Source: a bacterium (GTDB lineage: Bacteria; Patescibacteriota; Minisyncoccia; UBA6257; JAGOQP01). Taken from it: 64,000 bases of DNA. The notes below the pieces were generated by a model, which did no database searches, had not been told where the DNA came from, and saw only the letters and a list, made by a program, of their open reading frames with translations. This document shows positions 1 to 11,733 of this stretch, piece after piece. The stretch covers positions 24,509 through 88,508 of the forward strand of contig JAJYXK010000007.1 of assembly GCA_021801825.1 (NCBI GenBank), in the 5' to 3' direction. The number at the start of each line of letters is the position of its first letter. Position 1 is the first letter of the stretch. Both the position numbers and the translations under genes were made by a program.

Positions 1-602
1 TTGGTGCATTTCCCCGGAGTCTTTCCTTGTTCCACGAGGGGAAGTATCTTTCGAGCCTCAGCTATTTCGTCCTTACTCATCATTCCCGCGGCTTCGGCGA
101 ACGCTAAACATGAGGATGCGTTTTTAGGATTAGCGCAATAGGTATCGCAACTCTGGGCGCTGGTGCACCCACCAGGAAGTTGCGCGCCACCTGAGAGTGC
201 TTTAGCAACTTGTTGCGCGCGCGCCAGCTCTTTTTCGGGGAGAAGATTGTGTTCTCCAGCAAATGCAACACACTCTTGTATATGGGCAATGTCATTACAA
301 TAGGTCTGGCAAGATTTTTGATCAGTGCATCCGCCAGGGCCCTTGCCCTTTAAAACATCTTGATATTCTCGCGCATCCGCAACTTCCTGTTCGGAGAGCA
401 GCTGATGTTGTTGCGCGTAGGTAAGACACGCATCCAAATGTGTTGAATCGTCGCAGTACGTTTTACATGCTTGTTGGTTGGGACAATTTCCTAATTCAGT
501 AATAGGGTAGGTAATACTAGACGGAACTGCGTTTACGTTTTGTAGCGCAAACCCAAGAAACAATCCCACAATACCGATGTATAAAAATAGAAATTTTTTC
601 AT
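1..602 (-). CDS. Secreted cysteine-rich repeat protein, partial (runs off left edge; not in ORF track)
   Basis: Manual translation from ATG at 602: MKKFLFLYIGIVGLFLGFALQNVNA signal peptide, then repeats LGNCPNQQACKTYCDDSTHLDACLTYA / GPGGCTDQKSCQTYCNDIAHIQECVAFA / LPGGCTSAQSCDTYCANPKNASSCLAFA; frame open to window edge. Confidence 0.85.
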   Translation of the reverse strand, partial: MKKFLFLYIGIVGLFLGFALQNVNAVPSSITYPITELGNCPNQQACKTYCDDSTHLDACLTYAQQHQLLSEQEVADAREYQDVLKGKGPGGCTDQKSCQTYCNDIAHIQECVAFAGEHNLLPEKELARAQQVAKALSGGAQLPGGCTSAQSCDTYCANPKNASSCLAFAEAAGMMSKDEIAEARKILPLVEQGKTPGKCT

Positions 603-609
603 AAGTTTG

Positions 610-867
610 TTATTCAAAAGGATTTTTAGGAGCCTTTTGAAAGGGATTAATATTTTCGCTTGAAAGGGGGTTTGTCTCTGGCATATTTTGCGCGGGGTTT
701 TGTGAAACTCCTTCATACAGCGAACCACCTAAGGTGGGAGTTGATGAGGCGACCGTTGAAGAGCTGTTGTTTGGTGATTTTGTAGGAGATAATAATAAGA
801 AAATTATTATCGCAATAACAACTAAAACAACAAGACCGACAATGATACGTGTTTTGTTCATATACAT
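610..867 (-). CDS. Small single-TM membrane protein
   Basis: N-terminal hydrophobic helix, Ser/Pro/Asn-rich tail; stop 7 nt before the next gene on the same strand. Confidence 0.75.
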   Translation of the reverse strand: MYMNKTRIIVGLVVLVVIAIIIFLLLSPTKSPNNSSSTVASSTPTLGGSLYEGVSQNPAQNMPETNPLSSENINPFQKAPKNPFE

Positions 868-981
868 AAGTATATATAAAATAGATACGAGGAGATAGTG
901 GTGGACGCTTTACAAATAATTATTTACGTGTTAGTATATAAGCTGAAAATTTACATACTTAATAATATAAGGAAAGCTACA

Positions 982-1668
982 ATGCTAAGCAGCAAATCAG
1001 ACAAACAGCTTGGAAAAGTTGCTACCGCAAAAGCACTCGCAGAGCAGGAAGATGCTTTAGGGGGTATGCTTAAGAATAAACAGGAGGAGCCAGTTGATCC
1101 ATTTAAAGAGAAAAAAGAGTGGTTCCAAAATTTCTATGCCGAAATGTTCGGACTTGAAAATGTTGATTTCTCCGACACTGTCGTTCCTGAACAATCTGGA
1201 GGAAAAGACACTATCCCTTTGTTTATTCCAAAATGGATAACCGCCAAGAAATTAATTGAAGGCGCGAAAAACAAAAAAGTTGATTTCCTCATTGAAATCG
1301 CTCTGGGGATCAATTTAGAGAGAATTGAATCTCAAAATATCTCTCGTCCATACGCGGTATGGGTTACTAATTCTGAAGACCCTGACTTCAAAATATCGGG
1401 ACAAAGAAGGATTCCTGGTGATAGAGAAATTATGTCTATTGAAGAACGGATCATTTTTGGAGTCTTTAAGTTCCAAAAAGGACATCGTTATATAGATGTC
1501 CAGAATCCAACTCTCACATCGGCATATACCTATGTGGGTAATAGCAAAACAGCTCGGGCAGTTATTACAAGGTATATAAAAAACGGCTTGCGTGTTGATA
1601 CACAGGACATAAGCTTAATTGGGTTTGCTCGCGAGGTGTTTGGCAGAATGCCTCACAAGAGTAAATAA
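982..1668 (+). CDS. Hypothetical protein
   Basis: Long ORF (track 898..1668), likely start ATG 982 after AAGGAA; followed by terminator. Confidence 0.7.
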   Translation: MLSSKSDKQLGKVATAKALAEQEDALGGMLKNKQEEPVDPFKEKKEWFQNFYAEMFGLENVDFSDTVVPEQSGGKDTIPLFIPKWITAKKLIEGAKNKKVDFLIEIALGINLERIESQNISRPYAVWVTNSEDPDFKISGQRRIPGDREIMSIEERIIFGVFKFQKGHRYIDVQNPTLTSAYTYVGNSKTARAVITRYIKNGLRVDTQDISLIGFAREVFGRMPHKSK

Positions 1669-1686
1669 AAGTTCTTCTGTCTTAAT

Positions 1687-1716
1687 AAGAGCCCGTGGCA
1701 ACACGGGTTCTTTTTT
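1687..1716 (+). terminator. Intrinsic terminator
   Basis: AAGAGCCCGTG-GCAA-CACGGGTTCTT stem followed by T run. Confidence 0.75.
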
Positions 1717-1735
1717 ATTTTTGTAGTTATATACT

Positions 1736-2386
1736 ATGAATATGAGTATTTATATTTCAGAATTGCTGCCAAATCCAGCAGGAAAAGATGTGGGGAATGA
1801 ATGGATTGAAATATGTAATAATGGGTCACAGCCGCAATCTCTCGCGGGGTGGAAGTTACAAGATGCAAGTGTAAAAAGTTTTACCATACAAAACATTTTT
1901 GTGGCACCGCAATCATGTGTGGTATTTGGAAACACAGAAACAAAAATATCTCTCAATAATGATAAAGAAACTGTTTCGTTATTTGATATGAGCGGAAATT
2001 TAGTTGATAGAGCTTCATATACTACAGTGGTAAAAGATGATCAGGCGCTTGTGTGGGACACATCAATAAAAAATTTACAACTCACTACCACGCCGACGAA
2101 GGGAGAAATAAGAAATATAATAGCCGCGTCTCCGGCGCGGACAACTAAAAACACAAAACTAAATACCGAAAATAAGATAACCACGACAATCCCGACGACC
2201 GTAGATGTCGGGACCCCTGCCTACCGGCAGGCAGGCCGACTAGAAGCGTCGGGACAGATACAAACACTCACCCCAGGAATGAGTATCGGGGAAGTGGTTT
2301 TAATTGGCGCGTGTGTTGTAGGAATTTTAACAGTGATATTTATGAAAGTTGTTATGCAACTTAAACCGAAAACCGAAGGTTTTTAG
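1736..2386 (+). CDS. Lamin-tail-domain (LTD) protein with C-terminal TM anchor
   Basis: ISELLPNPAGKD..NEWIEI.N....SLAGWKLQD and LNNDKETVSLFD..G..VD LTD motifs; Thr-rich linker; C-terminal TM. Confidence 0.8.
   Translation: MNMSIYISELLPNPAGKDVGNEWIEICNNGSQPQSLAGWKLQDASVKSFTIQNIFVAPQSCVVFGNTETKISLNNDKETVSLFDMSGNLVDRASYTTVVKDDQALVWDTSIKNLQLTTTPTKGEIRNIIAASPARTTKNTKLNTENKITTTIPTTVDVGTPAYRQAGRLEASGQIQTLTPGMSIGEVVLIGACVVGILTVIFMKVVMQLKPKTEGF
2189..2254. repeat. Composite REP-like palindromic element inside the LTD gene, containing the 20-mer CCTGCCTACCGGCAGGCAGG (2216-2235)
   Basis: ATCCCGAC..GTCGGGACC[20-mer]CCGAC..GCGTCGGGA; outer part resembles 52625-52718; 20-mer is the exact reverse complement of 35859-35878 and 36174-36193. 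Confidence 0.8.
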
Positions 2387-2425
2387 TTGTCCCCATGTTA
2401 TCCCCGTGATCGTATTGTGGACGCT

Positions 2426-2453
2426 TGACAACACTTTTAATTTTGTATACACT
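2426..2453 (+). promoter_or_regulatory. Putative sigma70 promoter for 23S-5S
   Basis: TTGACA at 2426 with TATACA/TACACT-like -10 downstream, about 350 nt before the 23S. Confidence 0.5.
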
Positions 2454-2796
2454 CCTTTACATGATAGTAACGCAAAGAATCGCAACGGACTAACTCTCGT
2501 GGCCTTCGTCGCGCCGAGTGTCCGCTTTGAGCGGATTTTTTCTGCTCAAAATTCTGAAAATCGTGTACTTCACAAACATATGACTTTTGACTGCAGGACA
2601 GGAGAAAGTCTATATCACATCATTATTTCTTTAATACCCCAGGTATTAAAGAATCAACATCAACAATTAAGGTACATCGTTTTCAAAACTTTTTTGAAAA
2701 GCGACGTATTTTCACAAGCAGCTTTACATGAACATAGTTTATGTGAAGCAAATGTTGTAGAGATACAACCCTGTACGTAGCGGTACAGGTAAAAAA

Positions 2797-6163
<3,367 letters not shown>

Positions 6164-6316
6164 TTTTTATCTGTACAATGCAAGTGATACCATCCGTCGC
6201 ATCTTTTGATGCTATGGTGTGGCACAATACGTCGCTTTTCAGAGAGGTTTTGAACGATACTTTAATAAAGAAAATATAATGATGTGATAGAAATGTTTTT
6301 AAAGAAGCATTTCATT

Positions 6317-6425
6317 TGCTGGTGATCTAGTGTTGCGTGCCCCACCTCTTCCCATTCCGAACAGAGAAGTGAAAGCGTAATACTCCGATGATACTCGTTC
6401 GCGGGGAAAGTAGGATTTGCCAGCA
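6317..6425 (+). rRNA. rrf: 5S rRNA
   Basis: CCCATTCCGAACAGAGAAGTGAA and CGATGATACT motifs; terminal helix TGCTGGT/GCCAGCA. Confidence 0.93.
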
Positions 6426-6487
6426 TATGAAATGCTTCTTTTTTATTCTATATATAATTTATGATAAACTATAGCTATTAAATATTT

Positions 6488-7519
6488 ATGAGATTATTGA
6501 AACAAATTCTTTACGGAGGCATCTTTCTTATTATTATTGTGCTTGTAGTGTGGTGGTTGGTGGGTTTGATATATACACCAAGTCCAACCTGTTTTGATAA
6601 TTCACAAAACCAAGGAGAAGAAGGAGTTGATTGTGGTGGGCCCTGTATATCGTGCGAAATAAAATCCCTCAAACCAATCACTATTCAAAATAAATTTATT
6701 ATTCCCCTGGAAAATGAGGCGGGGGTAGTTATTGAATTAATTAATCCTAATACGGAATGGGCCGCAAAGTCTTTTGACTATACGCTTATTTTTAAAGATC
6801 AGTTTGGATCTGTGGTTCAATCTATAACAGGCAATTCATTTATATATGCGGGAGAGTTTAAGGACATAATACTTCCCCGTATTTCTGCAAGTAGCACCAC
6901 GGTAGCGACGGTAGACATAACAATACAAAATCCTCAATGGGAACAAAAAGAGATTTTTAGAAAACCCGAGGTGGAAATTCAAGAATTTGGAACAAGCTAC
7001 GAAAAAGGTATCGTTGTGTCAACAAAGATTAATAACAAAGACACTCAATCTCTTATAAACGTAGATGTCGCGGCGCTTGTTTTTAATCGTTCTGGTGTGC
7101 TTATTGGAGCCTCAAAAACACGCATAGATTCTCTTCCTGCATTTGAATCAAAACAAGTGCGCATTATATTCCCTAAAAATCTAGACCTCTATCAGCCAAC
7201 TATTGCTCCTGCTATTAGTTTTTCTCGTGTACTTATACAAGGAGATACCGGTGAAGATGTGGGAGATTTACAAATGGTATTAAAAGAACAGGGATTATAC
7301 GCGGGTGTTACTACAAAGTTTTTTGACGCTGATACACAAGCGGCGGTGCGAGAATTTCAGCAAAAAAATAAATTAGAAGTAACAGGGATGTTGGATGAAA
7401 CCACGCGAATATTTATTAACAAACTTTTAACCGATAATACACCACAACAAAATACTCAGGTTAAAGATACAAGCGTGGATGCGAGCAGGACAAAAGTGTT
7501 TGTGGAGGTGAGCAGATAA
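6488..7519 (+). CDS. Membrane-anchored protein with Cys motif and C-terminal peptidoglycan-binding domain
   Basis: N-terminal TM, TCFDNSQNQGEEGVDCGGPC motif, and PG_binding_1-like GDTGEDVGDLQ..L...G....FDADTQAAVREFQ...L.VTG. Confidence 0.75.
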   Translation: MRLLKQILYGGIFLIIIVLVVWWLVGLIYTPSPTCFDNSQNQGEEGVDCGGPCISCEIKSLKPITIQNKFIIPLENEAGVVIELINPNTEWAAKSFDYTLIFKDQFGSVVQSITGNSFIYAGEFKDIILPRISASSTTVATVDITIQNPQWEQKEIFRKPEVEIQEFGTSYEKGIVVSTKINNKDTQSLINVDVAALVFNRSGVLIGASKTRIDSLPAFESKQVRIIFPKNLDLYQPTIAPAISFSRVLIQGDTGEDVGDLQMVLKEQGLYAGVTTKFFDADTQAAVREFQQKNKLEVTGMLDETTRIFINKLLTDNTPQQNTQVKDTSVDASRTKVFVEVSR

Positions 7520-7578
7520 GAATGGGGATAAGGGGTTAGTTGTTAGATATTAGTGAAAATAGTTATATCACGAGTCAT

Positions 7579-8277
7579 ATGAAAGTTTCAGTTCTTGTAA
7601 TAGCGCATAATGAAGAGAAACACATACGAAAGTGTTTAGTCTCACTACAAAATCAAACAAAAATTCCGGATGAAATTGTGGTTATTGCGCATAACTGTAC
7701 TGACAACACCATAGCAATAGCAAATGAATTTTCTCGAGTGCGGGTAGTAACTCATAATACGAGAGAAAAAGGTCCTCTCTACGCGCGCATTAAAGGATTC
7801 CAAGAAGTGCGGGAAGATATTGTTGCGTGTATAGATGGAGATTCATGCGCTTCTCCCCAGTGGGTAGAAAAAATTACAAAACCATTTGAGAATAATTTGG
7901 TTGTTGGTGTCGGAGGTATTATTTGGTTCAATGGCGTTATGGCGAATCTTGCGACCATTGGGTTCTTCTTCTTAGATCCTCTATTTCGTCCTACATATCA
8001 TTTTTATTTTTGGGGTGCAAATTTTGCAGTGCGAAAATCTGCATATGGTGCGGTGGGGGGGCTGGAACCACTTATTACTCTAAAAGAAGAACTAAAACTA
8101 CATCTCATGCCGGATGATGCTTATCTTTCGTGTGCGCTTATAAGAATGGGGAAGGTAGTATACGCGCGCAAAGCTAAGGTTTTTTCTGATGATAACTACT
8201 CGGGAACAAAAAATAAGGGGGATTTCCAAAATGAAGATAGGCTAACACTTTTTAGACATTTTGGGTTAATAAAGTAA
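7579..8277 (+). CDS. Glycosyltransferase family 2
   Basis: VSVLVIAHNEE, CTDNT, ACIDGD (DxD), WGANFAVR. Confidence 0.9.
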   Translation: MKVSVLVIAHNEEKHIRKCLVSLQNQTKIPDEIVVIAHNCTDNTIAIANEFSRVRVVTHNTREKGPLYARIKGFQEVREDIVACIDGDSCASPQWVEKITKPFENNLVVGVGGIIWFNGVMANLATIGFFFLDPLFRPTYHFYFWGANFAVRKSAYGAVGGLEPLITLKEELKLHLMPDDAYLSCALIRMGKVVYARKAKVFSDDNYSGTKNKGDFQNEDRLTLFRHFGLIK

Positions 8278-8310
8278 AAAAATAGCGTTTAAGCTGCTGT
8301 TTTTGGTATA

Positions 8311-8340
8311 TTGACAAATAATATAAACATGTGCTATAAT
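8311..8340 (+). promoter_or_regulatory. Sigma70 promoter
   Basis: TTGACA-N18-TATAAT. Confidence 0.7.
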
Positions 8341-8416
8341 ATAAACAGAAATTTGATACGGATTAAAAAGTCAAAGAAGAAGACACAAACCAAAAAAATA
8401 AAAAAAGGGGGACGCC

Positions 8417-8554
8417 ATGTTATTAGATCCTAAGAACGCCTTAGAATTCTGTATATTTTATATAGTATGGTTCTTCGGGACAGCTGCGGTATTGGGTTGC
8501 ATTACAGCAACAATTATATGCCAGCTGCTCAATATAAGTAGGAAGAGGTGTTAG
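8417..8554 (+). CDS. Small 45-aa single-TM protein (below ORF-track cutoff)
   Basis: MLLDPKNALEFCIFYIVWFFGTAAVLGCITATIICQLLNISRKRC; GGGGGA SD, upstream consensus promoter, downstream hairpin GGGCTCA-TTCG-TGAGCCC. Confidence 0.55.
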   Translation: MLLDPKNALEFCIFYIVWFFGTAAVLGCITATIICQLLNISRKRC

Positions 8555-8611
8555 CGGCGGTAGAAAGGTTTTCTCCGGGGCTCATTCGTGAGCCCTTTCT
8601 GTTTTTATTCT

Positions 8612-10429
8612 TTATCTTTGTGATCTCTTGCGATCAAGTTCTGTTAAATACATTTTACGAATACGGATATTTTTTGGGGTAATTTCTACCAATTCATCGT
8701 CACCAATGTAATCAAGCGCGTCTTCCAAAGAAAGCGTACGGGGTACGTCTAACGTTTCTTGAATCCCTTGGTTCTTGGAACGCATGTTACTCAATTCTTT
8801 TGTTTTGCATACATTCACCGGGATATCACCTGCCTTTGCGTTTTGTCCTACTACCATACCTTCGTATACGGGCACTGCGGCGCCAATAAATAATTGTCCA
8901 CGTCCTTGCGCAGTCATGAGCCCATAGCTATTAGAGTCCCCTGAGTTTGAGGCGATAATGGATCCATGGGTGTCGGGTGGGAGTTCTCCTTTGTAGGGTT
9001 CGTATCCCAAAAAGAGAGAGTTCATAATACCCTGTCCTCGAGTGGCGGTCATGAACGCGTTGCGTACGCCGATAAGTCCACGCGTAGGTACTACAAAATC
9101 AAAAAATGAAATATTGCGGTCTACACGCATATCTTTCATAACTCCAAGTCTTTTTCCCATCAACTCAATAACTGTTCCAGAATATTGCTCGGGCACTTCA
9201 AATGAAACCAATTCCATAGGTTCTGATTTTTCTCCTGCATCGTTTGCTTTGAAAATAACTTGTGGTTTTGAGACTTCAAGTTCATATCCTTCACGACGCA
9301 TCTTTTCAATCAAAATAGATAAGTGAAGCTCTCCGCGTCCCGATACAATAAATTTTTCAGGAGAATCACTTTCTTCAACGCGTAACGCGACATCGGTATC
9401 TAATTCCTTAAAAAGTCGCTCGCGGATATTTCGAGATGTGGTGTATTCACCGTCTTGTCCCATAAATGGGGAAGTGTTTACACCAAAAATCATCTTAATA
9501 GTCGGTTTATCTATATGAATAAGGGGAAGCGCGAGAGGTTTCTCTGTGTCGGTAATAGTTTCTCCAATAGAAATATCAGGAATACCCGCAATAGCGACAA
9601 TTTCTCCCGCGGTCGCTTCATCAACATCAATACGTTTTAGTCCATCAAACAACATAACACCATTGATGGTGGTTGTTTTCTGTTCTCCAGCACGATTGAT
9701 GTGTAATACGCGAGATCCTTTGGTGAGTGTTCCGGCGTATAATCGTCCTACAGCGATTTTTCCTTTATAGTTGTCGTATACTAAATTCACCGTGAGCATT
9801 TGTAACGGAGTATCATCATGAATGGTTGGTCCAGGAATATACTTTAAGATGGTGTGAAACAAGGGCTCAATATCCTTCATTTCAGTAAGATCTGGTTCTA
9901 ACCCCGCTTTTCCAAGAGAACCCGCGGCATAGATAATAGGGAAATTTGCCTGCTCTTCACTTGCGCCGAGCTCCACAAACAAATCAAATGTTTTATCCAG
10001 TGCCCACAATGGTCGCGCATCGGGTTTGTCTATTTTATTTACCACGACAATGATTTTGTGTCCCGCTTGAATTGCCTTACGAAGCACAAATTTAGTTTGA
10101 GGCATGGGGCCCTCCTTTGCATCCACAAGAAGCAGAATGCCGTCTACCATACGCATAATACGTTCAACCTCTCCACCAAAATCTGCGTGTCCCGGAGTGT
10201 CAACAATATTGATCTTCACTCCGTGGTAATGAATAGAAGCATTTTTAGAGAAGATGGTAATACCACGTTCGCGCTCCAATTCATTGGAGTCCATAATGAG
10301 CTCTTTCACGTCATCAGTTTTGAGTTTGAAATTTTCGGATTGCTTTAAGAGGGCATCAACAAGTGTTGTTTTGCCGTGGTCGACGTGGGCGATAATAGCG
10401 ATATTTCTTAAGTCATTTCGTGTGGTCAT
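8612..10429 (-). CDS. typA: Translational GTPase TypA/BipA
   Basis: [60 protein letters not shown]. Confidence 0.97.
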   Translation of the reverse strand: MTTRNDLRNIAIIAHVDHGKTTLVDALLKQSENFKLKTDDVKELIMDSNELERERGITIFSKNASIHYHGVKINIVDTPGHADFGGEVERIMRMVDGILLLVDAKEGPMPQTKFVLRKAIQAGHKIIVVVNKIDKPDARPLWALDKTFDLFVELGASEEQANFPIIYAAGSLGKAGLEPDLTEMKDIEPLFHTILKYIPGPTIHDDTPLQMLTVNLVYDNYKGKIAVGRLYAGTLTKGSRVLHINRAGEQKTTTINGVMLFDGLKRIDVDEATAGEIVAIAGIPDISIGETITDTEKPLALPLIHIDKPTIKMIFGVNTSPFMGQDGEYTTSRNIRERLFKELDTDVALRVEESDSPEKFIVSGRGELHLSILIEKMRREGYELEVSKPQVIFKANDAGEKSEPMELVSFEVPEQYSGTVIELMGKRLGVMKDMRVDRNISFFDFVVPTRGLIGVRNAFMTATRGQGIMNSLFLGYEPYKGELPPDTHGSIIASNSGDSNSYGLMTAQGRGQLFIGAAVPVYEGMVVGQNAKAGDIPVNVCKTKELSNMRSKNQGIQETLDVPRTLSLEDALDYIGDDELVEITPKNIRIRKMYLTELDRKRSQR

Positions 10430-10758
10430 GATGGGAGATAAATAAATAGTGATTTATCCCGACGAATTATTTCATAATTGTCGGGATGCTCAATCTTATC
10501 GTTTCGTTTCACTCAAATAAGATTGGCATAATAAAAACCCCAAGGGGGATATAGACGAAGATTAGGTTATTATAGGGCATTTGTCAAGGTTCTAAGGGGA
10601 AAAATGGGCATAAAAACTGAATATTTTGATAATTGACAATTATTTCACACTATGGTACAATAAACTCAGAAACTTAAAGTGGTGTTGTGATTGTGGGTTG
10701 GGTTCGCTGTGTGGGCGGCCTCAACCCACAATCACAATAAAAAGAGAAGGAACGAATC

Positions 10759-11151
10759 ATGAAAAAATATGTATTTGTTATTGTTGGCGCAATCCTTTTT
10801 GTGGGGATTATGATCGTAATAACCCCGAGAGAAAAAAGTGAAAAGGGAGAGAAATTAACAGTTTCCCCTGGTATTAGCGGCAATTCGCGAATATTCAAAG
10901 GGACCGTTAAGGAAAAAGATGTTGAGGTTTATAACGGCAACGTTATTGTTAGGTGTAATTCTGTTGAAAACAATGACGATATTGCTGTGATGATTGATGT
11001 TTTTGTACCACTCTCTCGGGCACATCAGTTATCTGTTGGTGATACGGTAAAATATGTTGAAAAGTATGTTACCGCCATCACAAAACCTCACGGAGACCCC
11101 AGGTCTGTTCTAATCGGTTTCTGGGTTGATGAAAATCTAATAAAGAAATAG
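10759..11151 (+). CDS. Hypothetical protein with N-terminal TM/signal
   Basis: 130-aa ORF, GAAGGA SD, own promoter TTGACA..TACAAT at 10633-10661. Confidence 0.7.
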   Translation: MKKYVFVIVGAILFVGIMIVITPREKSEKGEKLTVSPGISGNSRIFKGTVKEKDVEVYNGNVIVRCNSVENNDDIAVMIDVFVPLSRAHQLSVGDTVKYVEKYVTAITKPHGDPRSVLIGFWVDENLIKK

Positions 11152-11733
11152 CTTCTCCTGAAAAAGTTTTTCGCCGGCTTCTTCTAAAAACTGGTTGAAT
11201 CAGTAGCATCTTTGTATTACTGTGCGCCATTGCTTTTCTCCGTATGGCCGGAGATATGGCACATTTACCGCCATAGATTTCTACGAGGCGTAGAAAACTA
11301 GGCGGTTTTTTTATTGAATTTTTTCTTCTTCTATCCATTAGCTCATAATAGCCCACCCCTCCTTATTGGGTTATCCCCATCCGCACTTGTATTAAAAAAT
11401 GGGTGGATGTATACTATAAATGTTCTTCAAAGGAATACAGCTTCAAAAGTCCCAAGGGACACGTGAAACAATAAACATCTTTTTCATCTTTTGATCTGTA
11501 TATTTTCATTAAGGGCACATAGATCTTTTAAATATATAAGTGTTTCTAAACTACATACAAAAGTTTTTCTGGCTTTGTCCAGGCAATACGTAACAAACGG
11601 TTACACTGTAGTACAGATTCACAGTTTCACCGAAGGCCCTCCTTGCACGTTTGCTTTTTAGGAGAGGCCTTCTTTTTTTATTTTAATCTAAAACCCTTTG
11701 AAAAGAGTGAATTTTAGTGTACTATTTTTAGTA

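Noticed and set aside
11420-11733. T-box riboswitch for valS
   Set aside because: No TGGNACC-GCG T-box consensus before the terminator; kept only as an unknown RNA candidate
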